A DNA stretch of 63,885 nucleotides, filler included, from Olpidium bornovanus S191 (GCA_017911155.1; 28 parts of 28 records of this genome joined end to end with filler, not necessarily neighbours in it), one strand, 5' to 3'; positions 23,471 through 35,857 are shown, counted from the first letter of the whole stretch. The notes: a model not told the origin generated them from the letters alone. Translations and numbers: made by a program.

Positions 23471-24410
23471 TGTCGAAGCGCCTGTTGGATCGCACTGATC
23501 GTAACCCCTAAATGTTTTGTTCCCGTCTTGTTTCCCCTTTATGTAATTTTACTCTCTGAATATGACGCGTCTCCGTACGCACTCCAAAACTCCCCATAAC
23601 CGACAGGTTATGAGCCCAAGCCGGACCTGACGGCGTCCCCGCAGCGCCGTCCCCGCAGCGCCGTCCCCGCGGCGCCGTCCTCCGCGGCTCGGCTTTGCCT
23701 TCCGCCGCAGCTCGCGCCGCCGATTACCTTCCGAGCTCGCCTTCGCCTTCGGCTTCCGAGCTCGCCGCCGCCCGCCGCCGCTGCGCTTTTCCGCTGCTTT
23801 CCGGCTGCCGCCGCCGCTTTTCGCCGCCGCCGCCCCTGCGCTTCTCGCCGCCGCCGCCGCGCGCCTTCCGGCAGCCGCTGCGCTTTTCCGCCGCTTTCCG
23901 GCAGCCGCTGCGCTCCGCCGCCGCCGCCGCGCTCCGCCGCCGCTCCGCTCATCGCCGCCGCCGCCGCCGCTCCGCTCATCGCCGCCGCCGCTGCGCTCCG
24001 CCGCAGCCGCCGCTCCGCCGCAGCCGCATCTTTGCCGCCGCCGCATCTTTGCCGGCCGCATCTTTTGCCGCCGCCGCATCTTTGCCGGCCGCATCTTTCG
24101 CCGCCGCCGCGTTCGTTGCCGCCGCGTTCGTTGCCGCCGCGTTCGTTGCCGCCGCGTTCGCTGCCGCCGCCGTTTCGGCTTCGCTTAGGCACCTGCAGGA
24201 TTCGCTTAGGCACCTGCAGGATTCGCTTAGATACCCGCAAGAATTTTCCCGCGTCTTCACTGTGCCACAACTGACGTTAACGTCGCCATGCCATTTGATA
24301 AAGGCGAACAGGCTAGTGCCTCAAAGCCGGATAAAAGCGCTATCTTCTCGCAAGCCCTGCGCCTTGGAGATCCCTTCACCGAGACTCCCACCTATCAGGT
24401 ACAACCTCCT
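23471..24410 (+). mobile_element. Short-LTR retroelement (family A), 5' part: 135-bp LTR, PBS, GCC-rich leader, gag start
   Basis: TGTCG(23471)...CGACA(23605); GGTTATGAGCCC 23606-23617; ATG 24288 MPFDKGEQASASKPDKSAIFSQALRL. Confidence 0.85.
23618..24240 (+). repeat. Compound GCC-rich minisatellite leader
   Basis: 15-bp units (CGTCCCCGCAGCGC-type x3; GCCGCCGCGTTCGTT x3-4), 21-bp GATTCGCTTAGGCACCTGCAG x2.5, GCCGCC runs. Confidence 0.85.
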
Positions 24411-24585
24411 NNNNNNNNNNNNNNNNNNNNNNNNNNNNNNNNNNNNNNNNNNNNTTAATTAATTAANNNNNNNNNNNNNNNNNNNNNNNNNNNNNNNNNN
24501 NNNNNNNNNNCCCTTTTTCCCCCCCTTCCCCCCCCCCCCCCTCCTTATTTTTTTTTCTTCTTCCTTATACTTCGCCCGAACGAAG

Positions 24586-25964
24586 TTGGCCGCCGTCTGC
24601 GCGAGAAGGCTCGGCAGGCCGAAGGAGAGCTGCCTGCCGTTTCCCTCGAGGCGCGTCGCGCAGCGGTGTCGCGACTTCCTCGCCGCGCGGGTTCGGACGG
24701 CGCCGCGGGTTGTGGAATTCGCGATCGCGCCGCCGGGCCCGAGATCTCTGCGCGACGCCGCGCCGGATCGCGGCTGCGGCGGCGGCGAGCGGGCCGCGGC
24801 GGACGCGGACCCGGACGCGGACCCGCGCGCGCGCCTCTCCGGCAGGGTCGCCGTCCACGCCGTGTTCTTCGCCGGGGAGGACTCCGGGGCCGCGAAGGAG
24901 TTCTGGCAGCACGCGGGGGAAGGCGCGTCGTCCCGCTTCGCGGAGCACTGCCTCCGCGTTTTCGCGGCGCGCGAGGAGGGGCGGGCGGAGCGCGGCGCGC
25001 ACGGGGACCGCGAGGCGAAGCTCTCCGCCCGCGAGGAACGCCCCGCGGCGGGGCGGGCGTCCACGGCGGGGCCGCTCGAGGGGCCGGGGAACGCCGCCGG
25101 CTGCGGCCGCGGCAGGTACCGTTGCCAGGGCGGCGGCGGCGGTCCGCGCGCCTTTGGGCTGCGTCGACAGGAGCCGGCGGCCGCCGCCCCCAACGCCGCC
25201 GCGGGGGGCGAAGAGGAAGACGGCGGCCCGGAAATCGAGGTTTTCCTGGGGGAGCGGTACGGCCGCAACGTCGACGTGGCGGCCGCCGCGGGCGCGAAGC
25301 TCACCCTTCGCCGCCGCATTGCTTCGGCGCTGCGGGGCGACCGGGCGGACGGGCGCGACGGAGGGGTCTCGAACGCCGTCGCTCCGCGCGTTTCGGAAAA
25401 GGACGTCTTCCTTTTCCCGTCCGGCATGAGCGCGATCTACAACATCCACCGCCTGCTGCTGAAGACGAGAGGCGAGCGCGCAAGCGTTCAGTTTGGGTAA
25501 GTTTCATCTCGGGGAGGCGGGTGGGAAACCGACTGAAATCGGTCGACGCGGGCGGCGGAAAACGTGGCGTTTTGCAAACCCTGTGTAATATGCTCCCCGG
25601 CCCGTCTGGTGAATTTCTGTCCGGTAGTTTCCCTTACCTCGACACGCTGAAGGTCCTCGAGAAATTCGGCCCGGGATGCGTTTTTTTCGGCCACGGCGAC
25701 GAGGCGGACATGGAACGTCTCGAGACGGCGTTGGCAGACCGCGGAGAGCGCGACCCCGTCCTGGCCGTGTTCTGCGAATTCCCGAGCAACCCTCTCCTCA
25801 AATCTCCGGACCTGCGCAGGCTGCGCGCTTTGGCCGACCGGCATGACTTTGTGCTGGTCGTCGACGAGACGATCGGAAATTTCGTGAACGTCGCGGTCCT
25901 GCAGTACGCCGACGTCACCGTGACGAGCCTGACGAAAGTCTTCAGCGGAGACAGCGACGTCATG
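24586..25964 (+). CDS. STR2: Cystathionine gamma-synthase (STR2-like), partial
   Basis: [15 protein letters not shown]; [11 protein letters not shown]; [16 protein letters not shown]; CEFPSNPLL; [11 protein letters not shown]; [15 protein letters not shown]; homology ends abruptly at CATG 25961. Confidence 0.92.
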
Positions 25965-27875
25965 GACGAGAATGATGTGCTGAAGGCTCAGGTGAAGAGC
26001 CTACAACGGCAACTGGAACGGCGTGACAAAGGAAAGGACAGAGAGCTCTCCACACAAGAACGCACCGACCTCGCTACAGANNNNNNNNNNNNNNNNNNNN
26101 NNNNNNNNNNNNNNNNNNNNNNNNTTAATTAATTAANNNNNNNNNNNNNNNNNNNNNNNNNNNNNNNNNNNNNNNNNNNNCGGACGCCGAATCCGTTGAG
26201 TGTCCAAGAGACAAGTCGTCGAGGTCGACCAGGCCGGCGTCACAAAGCCCCGCGAGCTCGGGACATCTTTCGGCCATATCGTCCGTCGTCTTCGCTGCAT
26301 GTCCGCCTTTCTGTTTGTTTCTGTAAAGAAAACGCCCGCAAATTTTGGCGATGAAGCACAGAGTAACCCATGGATGCAATGTTTCGGCCAGACAGCGCTC
26401 TGTCACCAAACAGAAGCTGACCAGCACAGCTATCAGCATCAACGCCCGGGGCAGCGTGGTAGACTGCGCAGCCATTAAGCCACAATGCCAGAAACAACGC
26501 GCCATGCGTCGACGGAGAACGCTTACCAGCAGCAAGGCCCTGGATAGCTCGCCTGCGTCGTTGACTGGGTAGCGGAGGGGATTTAAGGGGAGGGGGGGGA
26601 CGGGGTGGTTGGCTTGACTTTGCGGTTCACAGCAGGAACGGAACCAAAGACAGAGCGCGGGGTTGGTCAGGCACGGCTGGGGCAGGCCAGGCGACCTCGG
26701 CGGTTTCTGAAAGGCAACCAACGGGCCGAACGAACCGCCTGACCGACGACCCAACAGATGAATAAGGCGCGGCCTTCGACTGTCCCCGCCGGACAACGCG
26801 AAAGCGGCAAGGCGAGTCTGCGAGGTACAGAGCCGCGGTCGCCGGGGATTCTACCCTGGGAGGCGTGTGCTTCCCTTCAGTCTCGCATGACTGTGCCGAC
26901 GTTTGGGAGCGCGAGCCTAATTTGCCGTCGCCGACTGAAGCGCGGGAAGCTTCTCACGCGTAGCGAAAAACATGCGGCGCAGCGCCTCCTGCAATCGCCG
27001 CATCCCTTAACCAAAACGAGTTGATTTCGCCGACTTCGGCGGTTTCCCTTTGCCCGCAGTCCGTTGGCCTTGGGGAGCACGACCGACAGAGCGACGCTTC
27101 CTTTAAGTCCACCGTAGGCCCGCGGCCAACCGTCGGCAGCCCCAGCAAAGGCAGAACGCTGTGGGATTGCGATGCAACAGGTGCCTTGAGCTGTCCGAGC
27201 TTCGTCACGCGAGGTGCGACATATTTTTTCCGCTGAAGACAAGGAAATGCTGCCGGCGGCGCGGGCCGCCGGGTCCCCCCTGCACGCACGCCTTAGGACA
27301 ACGGCAAGCCCCTCGCTGCAACTGCTACGCGTCTTCGCCTCTCACGCCCGTCTCCCACCATCAAAAGCCTTTGGGCGGGGAAGTTGTGGTGTGCACTCGG
27401 GTTTCTGGCGCCTACCTTCGCGTATGGCCGAGCGCCCCGCGACCGCGGTGCCATCTATACCGCCGCTCCTTGTCGGAGATCCTGTGCGCGCGTTCCGCAC
27501 TTTCCCTGCGTCGTTCGGTCGGCGGCACAAACCGGCATTCTGGTTCAGGCAACCTGCGCTGCCTACGTTTCGCGCTTCGCCGGCGTTCTTTCGCTGCGCC
27601 GCGTTCAAAACCGAACGGCGCCTGGAGGAAGCTGCACGATACGGGCGCAGCACGACATGCCCAACGGAAAACGCCCGCGTGTGCGCAATTTCCGGTGGCT
27701 TATCTCCCAGTCATTATGAAAGCGCGGCGCCTCAGGCCAAGTCTGACCAAAGCCGCGGTGTGAAACGATGGAGCANNNNNNNNNNNNNNNNNNNNNNNNN
27801 NNNNNNNNNNNNNNNNNNNTTAATTAATTAANNNNNNNNNNNNNNNNNNNNNNNNNNNNNNNNNNNNNNNNNNNN

Positions 27876-29940
27876 CATGCACAACTCCAATTCCACCACG
27901 CACCATTGACAGCGTCGATATCTTTCTCAAGTATTTTCTGGTACCATCTTCTTTGCATAGAGCTCAAACCAACGTAGACGTTGACCTCTTTCTTCGGCAA
28001 AAGTGACTTCTCGACGTCAGACTTGATGCGACGCAGGAGGAAAGGGCGGAGAACCTTGTGGAGTTGCGCAACCACTTTGTCCTGGTCCCCGCCCTGGGCT
28101 TGGAACCACGAATCAAAGGCCTCGGACGAAGAGAAGACATCCGGCAGAAGATAGTTCAGTAAGGCCCAGAGCTCGTGAAGATTGTTCTGGAGTGGCGTCC
28201 CGGTAAGTAGCAACCGGTTCTTTGAGTTAAATTCGCGCACAATTTGCGATAGCATCGAATTTTCATTTTTTATCCGGTGAGCCTCGTCGATCACAATGTA
28301 CTGCCATGCAAACTTCTTCAGGTGCGACTTCTCTCTTAAGCACATCTCATACGAGGTAACGCAGATGTCAAATTTGTTGCCCAGTAATACGTCCTTGACA
28401 ATAGCTGCCTATACTAGCCCAAGCACATAGATCAGCTACCACCCTCGCAAGCGCTCTATCCAAACGGCATCAAAACTATACCCTATCATTTTTGTCACCA
28501 TGCAGCGACATCACATCCAAATCAGGAACCCATCGATTGAATTCCTTCACCCAGTTGTGAAGTGTTGATTTTGGTACGATTACAAGATGAGGGCCTGGGA
28601 TATTCAGGAAATGTTTCAGGTAGCCCAAAAACGCTATGGTTTGCAGTGTCTTTCCCAGCCCCTACAACAACCGATTAGATTGCGTCATAACGCCAGCAGT
28701 GCAGCCATGCCATTAAAAAAGTTCACGCTGTGAACATCACAAAAAAACGCACCATTTCATCAGCTAGGATGCCGTTGATGCCGTTGTGGAACAGAGATAT
28801 CATCCAATTCAAGCCCTGTACTTGGTACTCGCGCATTTTGCCTCCTTTTACATCTAGCGACCATGCAAAAGGCAGAGGTCAGTAGCTGCACTTTCGAAAA
28901 TGGAAAAGAAAACTGCTTTCTTCACATTACGCACAATTGGGGCTGTCTGTGAACACCATTGGTTCGTCCGCGCTGTTTGCGTCGCGGAGCAACTCCGCGT
29001 CCTCCTCCTGCTCAGTCTTTCGGTGTCGCTTCGAGCTGCAAGGCTCGACCATATCACCGGCGTAAGATAAGGCTGTTTGATACGACGGGAGAACTCCGCA
29101 CAGCCCACATACCCGTCCTTTTTGTTCGCAGACTTCAACTTCTGGGTTTCTTCTATCAAAGCCCTGAAGTTATCGTCCTCAGACATCCGCAAGTTGATGA
29201 AATGAGAAAAAAGTTCGGTCTGCCCGAGGAGATAAGCGAACCGCTTCGCGGTGTCTTGGATCTAAGGTAGCGTCCACCACGAAGGTCAGTCACATTTAGT
29301 GCCTTGAGGCGCAATTTTCCCCGCCAACGTGGCTTTGCCGTCGTGCGTGCTGTTCAAGGAGGCCAACACAGGAAGAGAAAAAAAAACCAAAAACCATGCC
29401 TTCGTCTGGTCTAGTGCTTTCTTCCTATCGGAAAAGGCGTGCTTGCGCTCGCGGGTCTCCTGATTCCGCTTGGCTTTTTTCGCCGCCCGCTCCGCTTGCT
29501 TCGCGGCGCTCTTCTCTGCCCGCCTCTTCTCGCGTTCCTCCTTCAAAGTCCGCCACACAAGGCAAACGGCGCCCCCAAACGCGGTATTGAGCGGGTGAGT
29601 TTCGTTTACTCGGCCTCTGTCGTCCGCGTACCAGCGTCTCTGCGCGGCAGTGGGAAACCAAAACACTCCTTGGCCCCGCACCTACCGTTCTCGCATGCTG
29701 CTCGCCTTCCAAACCGCCGGCGACTTCCTGCATTTCCGCGTCGTCCTGCTCGTCATCCTCGTCTTCGACACCCTCCTGCGCCTCGCCGCCGTCGCCGCTG
29801 GCGTCCTCATGTTTCTGTCCGTCGATTGCCTTGTCCGCGTCCTCCCCATCGCCGTCAGACACGCTCCCGTTCGTGGTGGCCGTGTTCGCGGCGGTGGCGG
29901 TAGCGCCCACGGTCGAGTCGTTGTCCCCGTCGACCTCCAT
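27876..29940 (-). CDS. ISW2: ISWI-family SNF2 chromatin-remodelling ATPase, N-terminal half
   Basis: [81 protein letters not shown]; [14 protein letters not shown] is ISWI-typical; ISW1 vs ISW2 not resolvable. Confidence 0.92.
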
Positions 29941-30452
29941 TGGCCGCGGCTGCTCGCGGCCCTGCTCTGCCGCCAGTGGTGCAGCGGGGGCTTCCTCGGG
30001 AGTTATTCGTGGTCAGCGGCAGCCGGCGTCTCCTTTTGCCAGAACGGCGAGCGCTCCCTTTTCTGCCGGGGCGGAAAGAGCAGAAAAAAAGAGGCGAGTG
30101 GCGTTCGTTCCCCCGTGGCAACCCGTGCCAGACGCCACCCACCTCCGGTGCGAGCGAGAGCACCCACCAGAAGCATCTGAGCCCCTTCCCGCACGCATCG
30201 GCCAGAAGACAACGAAACGAGACGGAAACGCGATCGCCCTGTGGCGATTTGTAACCATACAATAAGCCATGTGAGCAACGTCCCCTCCCAACCACCTGCA
30301 AGCCCAGCGCGGAGGAAGGGCCGAGACATTGCATGCCAAACTCTGCCACAGGGCGTACAACGGGAAGTCAATGATGTGGTCCCTTGCCAACCACTTTAAC
30401 CCAGCGCACCTACGACAGGCCACCATCGTCAACTGAAGCCAGTGCTTTCGCG

Positions 30453-31143
30453 TGTTGGAAAAAAGGGGGGAGAACGAGGTGCACTGCGCACAACGCCCCG
30501 ACGCCCCTGAATTCACCCCTGGAATCCTCTCCATAAAACCGGGTAGACCGGCGGAATACAGACGCTCTTTGGAGCTCCTTCGAACCCGAATTCAACAGGT
30601 TATGAGCCCAACGTAGACTCCCCGTTCAACCGTTGAATCAAAAAAAAGGGCGTGAGAAAAGACCTGTCATACGTCGGCAAAAGACCTGCCGTCCGTCGGC
30701 AAACGTCCAAAAACCCGCCGTCCGTCGGCAAACGTCCAAAGACCCGCCGTCCGTCGGCAAACGTCCAAAACCCGCCGTCCGTCGGCAACGTCCGTCGGCG
30801 CCCGAACCAACCATGAAGGAGAAAAGGAGCACAACGCCGCTGAACTCTCCTTCAACCATGGAAGTAGAGAGGTGGAGACAAACCCTGGGAGAGTACGACA
30901 CCCCAGCGGACCAACGAGGGAGGACACGCCAAGGCACGAAGAGCAAGTCAGAACCGCGAAGTAACTCGCGAGGTTCCGAACTTTCCGTCACCTCGCAAGC
31001 GTCGTCACAACGGTCCAGACTGTCCGCCCGGTCACAAAAAATTGTGGACTCAGTTCTCCTTCGACGAGAACAAGCTCGACGCCACAGAGAAGAGGCACTT
31101 ACAAAGGACAAAGTCACAGCCCTGCAAAAGCAAATAGCCGCAC
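30453..31143 (+). mobile_element. Short-LTR retroelement (family B), 5' part: 145-bp LTR, PBS, tandem repeats, gag-like ORF start
   Basis: TGTTG(30453)...CAACA(30597); GGTTATGAGCCC 30598-30609; ORF from ATG 30813 open to contig end. Confidence 0.85.
30688..30793 (+). repeat. 29-bp tandem repeat, about 3.7 copies, in retroelement leader
   Basis: GCCGTCCGTCGGCAAACGTCCAAA(A/G)ACCC units at 30688, 30717, 30746 and 30774; no spacers. Confidence 0.9.
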
Positions 31144-31243
31144 NNNNNNNNNNNNNNNNNNNNNNNNNNNNNNNNNNNNNNNNNNNNTTAATTAATTAAN
31201 NNNNNNNNNNNNNNNNNNNNNNNNNNNNNNNNNNNNNNNNNNN

Positions 31244-32846
31244 CATGACGGGAATTGTGGTGGCGCGCACCCGGATGCAAGAGCTTGTCCACAAGCGACC
31301 GTCCCTTGCTGCTGGTGTCAGACAAGTGCTCGTCATCGTGGTCCTCGCTCCTGTCAGGGCTCGGACTCCGCCCTTTCTTTCCGCGGGCACGTCCGTGGCT
31401 GCGGCCAATTTCAACCACAGGATGGAATTGCTTGTTCGAGACGGGTTCTCCCTCGTCGCTGGTTTCAAAAGTGCGGTGATCGTCGTGAACGTCGTGCCGC
31501 TCCATTTCGCAGCCATCCTTCTTCTTGTGCGCATGCCGCCGGTTACGGCCGTCATCTTCACCCGGGTGGAGCAGCTTGTGGACGATGGAGCGGTGCTTCC
31601 CGCTCGCGTGCGAGGGGTGCTCATCGTCATCGTCTTGCTGGTCGCCGAGGCTCGGAGGACTTCCCATACCCCGCGCCATGCCTTTTTGGCTTTTTTTTTG
31701 CTTTCCGCTGGCGCGTGAGGAGTGCCCAACGTCACTGTCGTGATGGCGCCCGGGGCTCTGAGGTCGACGGCCCTTATTCTTCCGCGCCGCTCCTCTGTGG
31801 TTTTCGTTACTTTCATCGTCCGAGCTGGACAGGTGTAGTAGCTTGCTAACGAGGTGAACAATCTTATAGGAAGGGGCTTCCGGCCCGCTCTCGTCGTGCG
31901 CAGCGTCATCCGCGCTGTGCGCCGAGGCCGTGTCCGCCGCTTTCTCTCGCGCATCGTCCAGCGGGGTCGCAGACTCGCGCTTGGTTTGGACCGGCGGCCC
32001 ACCAGCACGATAGTAAGACCTCCGCGGCAGCGGGCCTGATATATCGGTTTCCGGAGCGTTCACCACGGGTGACCCGGCTGGTCCCCCTCGTGACGGCTTC
32101 TCCACCGGGCCGCTCTCCGCCGTCGGGCTCGCTCCGCGCTCCGTTTCAGGCGGCGGCTGCGGCGGCGGCGGCGACACCGAATCCTCCTCCTCCTCGTGAT
32201 CAGAGAAAGTTATGGACCCGGGCTTACCAAATTCCGAAAAAATCATGGTCGGCGGCTCCCACTGCGCGGAGGACCGCCGCGAGGCCGGTCTGTCACCCGA
32301 AGCAAACTCGTCGTGCGATAATGCCGTCAGGATGGACGTGGACGAGATCTGGTGCCGCCTCTGCGCCCAGTCGTCGATGCAGTATGCGGGGTGGTGGAGG
32401 TCCATGCTGAGACTGGACATCGACCGCAGGGACTTGCGCGGTATCACGAAGCTCCCCGTGGACGCGCCCGACAGCAATCCCAACCCGGGGCAGATGATCC
32501 GAGACGCGCTGATTTTGTGGTCGGGAACATAGACGGGGTACTGCGGCAGGGACGCGAGGTGTAGGAAACCGGTTGAGGAGTGCAGCGGCGCGGCGTCCGG
32601 AAGCTTCTCCGAGTGCCTGCGCCGCGGCACGTCCCGCCCTGCCAAACGTCCTGCCAGCGTTCCTGCGTCGCACCCTCCGTTCCCCAGCGAGCCATTCCTC
32701 CGAATCGCCCGCGGCTGGAAGCAGGACGGTTGGGGATGGGGCGCCGGCATCGCCGGCGGCGCCCCCTGCGCTTCCGCCTGGCGGTCGGCTCCCCTGGCGA
32801 CCCTTGCCGCCCCGGTGGCGCTCTCCAGAGGCAGCACTGCGGCCAT
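31244..32846 (-). CDS. Hydrophilic His/Asp/Ser-rich hypothetical protein with a repeated KLLH(P)G motif; 3' truncated
   Basis: Long open frame; LVSKLLHLSS, SIVHKLLHPG, SLVDKLLHPG; start and exon structure uncertain. Confidence 0.6.
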
Positions 32847-33174
32847 GGCGGGGGCGGCGGCGGCTAGGTCCGCCGCCTGATTCTTTTGGTTGTGGGGGAA
32901 GGATGTGCTGCGGCAGAGGTTGGGGGCGGCGGGGAATGGGTTTGCCGGTCGTCAACGGCGGTTTCTCAGAAAAAAAAAATCACAAAAGCTAAGAAAGCGG
33001 ACATCTCCCGCCGCTTCTTTTTCCATAGCATTGAACGAATTACGTCAATCCAAGAGAATAACTTCCATCCCAAAAACAGTTATTCCCTGGCTGACGAACT
33101 CCAAGGGCAGTTAAAAAAAGTTGGCCAATCCAAGAAAATAACTTCCATTCCAAAATTAAAGAAATCTAAAAAAT

Positions 33175-33246
33175 TGCTGCTTCCCAGAATCGAACTGGGA
33201 TCGCCTCGGCCACAACGAGGTGTACTAACCATTATACTAAAGCAGC
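33175..33246 (-). tRNA. tRNA-His (GTG), intronless
   Basis: GCTGCTT/AAGCAGC acceptor stem, CCTCG-TTGTGGC-CGAGG anticodon arm, CCCAG-TTCGATT-CTGGG T arm, discriminator A, T6 Pol III terminator. Confidence 0.97.
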
Positions 33247-33550
33247 TAGATCCGCGTTATAGCGTTGAGCATTACTTAAAGAGAAAAACCCTGCCTTCGC
33301 AGCTTGCCAGCCCAGGCGGGAGGGATTGGCCGGCCGGCGAGATGCGAGAGTTCAATCAAAACCTCCCCGCTCACATTTCCCAACGCGAAATCGGCTTCCC
33401 AAGCAGATAATGACATGGTGAATATGTACAAAAAGGAAATATCCAAACGGACAACTGTTTGATCAGGATGTGGCAGCGAATCTCGACCACCAACGCCACG
33501 ATGCTGTTATTCATCGGCGCGCCCCGAGCGGAAGCTCGCGGCCGTCGAGC

Positions 33551-34633
33551 TCAGTTCGGCGAAAACAAAGTCGTCGTCGTTCTCTGCGTCGTGGAAAAAA
33601 AATCCGCGTCGTCGAAAGCGCCACCTTCCAGGAATTCTGCCTGCATCGGGCCGACGACGTCCCACACGTGGTAATACGTCGAGCCGGCGGCGAACTCCAA
33701 GTCGTCCTTGGTGATGTCATCCCAGCACTTGTAGACTAACATTCTTTCTCACGGGTCGTTTTATTTTTGAGAGGAAAGGGCGGCGGTCAGGGATGTTGAG
33801 CCGAATTGCGCAGACGGAAAATTGACTGACCGCCGGCCGGCTCCCGGAAAACGTACACCGACAGAAGATTGCCGATGGTGGCAAAGAAGAGTCCGTCCAT
33901 TAATCGATCGACCTGCTCGCATATCGACGTGGAGAACACAAAGAGGCAAACCTGCGCCAGGAGGAAGGAGAGAGCCGCGCACATGATAGTCCCTACGCCG
34001 AAGACGGGGTTAGGAAGCCTTAGCGAGCCGACGCATGCCTTGGCAGCACAAAGCATGTGCCTTGGAGAGGGGCCGGGAGGGAAAGGGGTGGGACGTTTGG
34101 GGAAAACTTACCGAGGGGCCATTTGTCTTCCAAGGTGTTTACTACCAGGACCACCTGCGCGGCCAGGTAAACTGTGATCGCCGTGCCATTAAAGAAGAAA
34201 TGGACGATCCAGAGAAGCCACGGAAACGAGCGACTGAAACCAGGCCACTCGTTCAGCGTCGCGGCGGCGACGGACCACGCCACCATCAGCACGGCCGCCG
34301 ATGTCGCCCCGAAGAACCAAAGCGACTCTCGCGTCCCGTCCTCCCTGAACTGGAAGCCCACAAAGCCGTTGAGCATCAGGCACCAGCATGTCGCGGCGAT
34401 CAGACCGACGTGGACGGCTGCGAAATACTGCGCTTTTTTTTTCCGCGAAGCCGACGACGCACCCCGAACAGACCCGGAAAACCCGGCGGAAGGCACAGTG
34501 GCGTATCCGGAGCTTCAGTGATCTGGAAAGTCTTTTTTGGCCGCCGCAAACTTCCCCGGGGACCCAGAAAGGACTCACGGGGTATGCGCTGCTCGATATT
34601 GGTATGATGTTGCTGACGAGCAGGACCTCCATG
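33551..34633 (-). CDS. CHS7: Chitin synthase export chaperone; 5' truncated
   Basis: YFAAVHVGLIAATCWCLMLNGFVGFQFREDGT; QVVLVVNTLEDKWPLG; DGLFFATIGNLLSV; YKCWDDITKDDLEF. Confidence 0.93.
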
Positions 34634-35413
34634 ANNNNNNNNNNNNNNNNNNNNNNNNNNNNNNNNNNNNNNNNNNNNTTAATTAATTAANNNNNNNNNN
34701 NNNNNNNNNNNNNNNNNNNNNNNNNNNNNNNNNNCATGGAAATGTTGACGTGGCCTGGCCCATAACTCGCTTTGCGCAGGCGAAATAAAAAATAACGGCT
34801 CAGACAGTTGTTTCCCAGTACGTTTTGGTGGAGACGGTGCGCACGACGCACCTCGATGACGATGTCGCAGAGATCGTCGAGACTAGCAACGGGAAAAGCA
34901 CTGAGAAGGAGCCAGCGGCGCGAAGTCAGCCGCCAGATGCCAAACGTGCCAGCTACACGCCGATAAGAAAACACGCTGTAGTGGTCAAAAAACATCGCCG
35001 CATTAAGCGATACAGTACGGTTCCTCCTCGCGCGCCTCGGGCTTCTCAAGGATCTGGTCCACGATCGCGGCGAGCAATCGTAGAACGGGATCGTGCCCGT
35101 TCGTCTTCAAGTAAACTGGTCGGGACCACGAGCGATCAGCACGCTTGTGTCTGCATCGAAAGCGCGCCGTGACTTGAACGACGCACGGTTCCTCACTATA
35201 TCCACCTTTTTCCTGGTTCGTCCCAAGGGAGGTCAGGATCCACTGTTGCGGGATTAATGCCAGGCATATTGTCAAAGAGGGTGTTCCACTCCGCTACGCC
35301 CGAACGGTTCGTTTCTCAGCGTAGACAAATTTTGACTGGACTACTTTTCTCTCCTCCCTGGCCCCCACCCCACCTTCCCCTTCCTCCCACGGTTCTTTGC
35401 CTTTCCTTCGTCG

Positions 35414-35857
35414 TCACGGCGCGTCTAGCCTCCCCGTCTCCGGCTTTTTCTCCCTCGTTTCCCGTACTGCGACCCGCCCTTGCTCCGAGCTCCTCCGCTT
35501 TTTCGCGGCCCGAGCGCGTCGCCGACGCACCTTTAGAAAGGCTTCTCTCGGCTCCCTGTGCTTGGCCAGCCTGCACATCTGGGCGAGGCAGGCCTCGAGC
35601 GCGTGGTCCCTCTCGCGGAAGTCGCTCTTCATGTATTCCTTAAGCGCCACGGCGACCCTCTCGAGCAGCACGTCCCTTAAGGTCGGGTATGCGGTCAGGG
35701 AGGCAGCAACAGTGTCCAGGGCGAAGGCGGGGTGGTCGGGGTCCTTGGCCACCGACGCGTCGAGGAAGCGGTACGCCACCGAGTCGAGCAGACGGCCGTC
35801 CATGATTGGGCGGGTTGCCCGCGGGTCGGCGGCGGGTGCTGTGCTGCCGTTGGGCAT
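35414..35857 (-). CDS. Hypothetical helical protein, first exon; weak resemblance to the glomulin/Ybp1 N-terminus
   Basis: ATG-led coding-like exon ending CLAQMCRLAKHREPREAFLK|GT; family resemblance weak. Confidence 0.5.
   Translation of the reverse strand: MPNGSTAPAADPRATRPIMDGRLLDSVAYRFLDASVAKDPDHPAFALDTVAASLTAYPTLRDVLLERVAVALKEYMKSDFRERDHALEACLAQMCRLAKHREPREAFLKVRRRRARAAKKRRSSEQGRVAVRETREKKPETGRLDAP

Noticed and set aside
26181-27775. Long ORFs on contig 11 (e.g. 27214-27775)
   Set aside because: No recognisable motif or consistent exon structure; long ORFs are expected by chance at this GC content
30688-30793. Possible CRISPR array (29-bp repeats; also the 30-bp pair at 33046)
   Set aside because: Head-to-tail with no spacers, or only two copies; eukaryotic context; no cas genes
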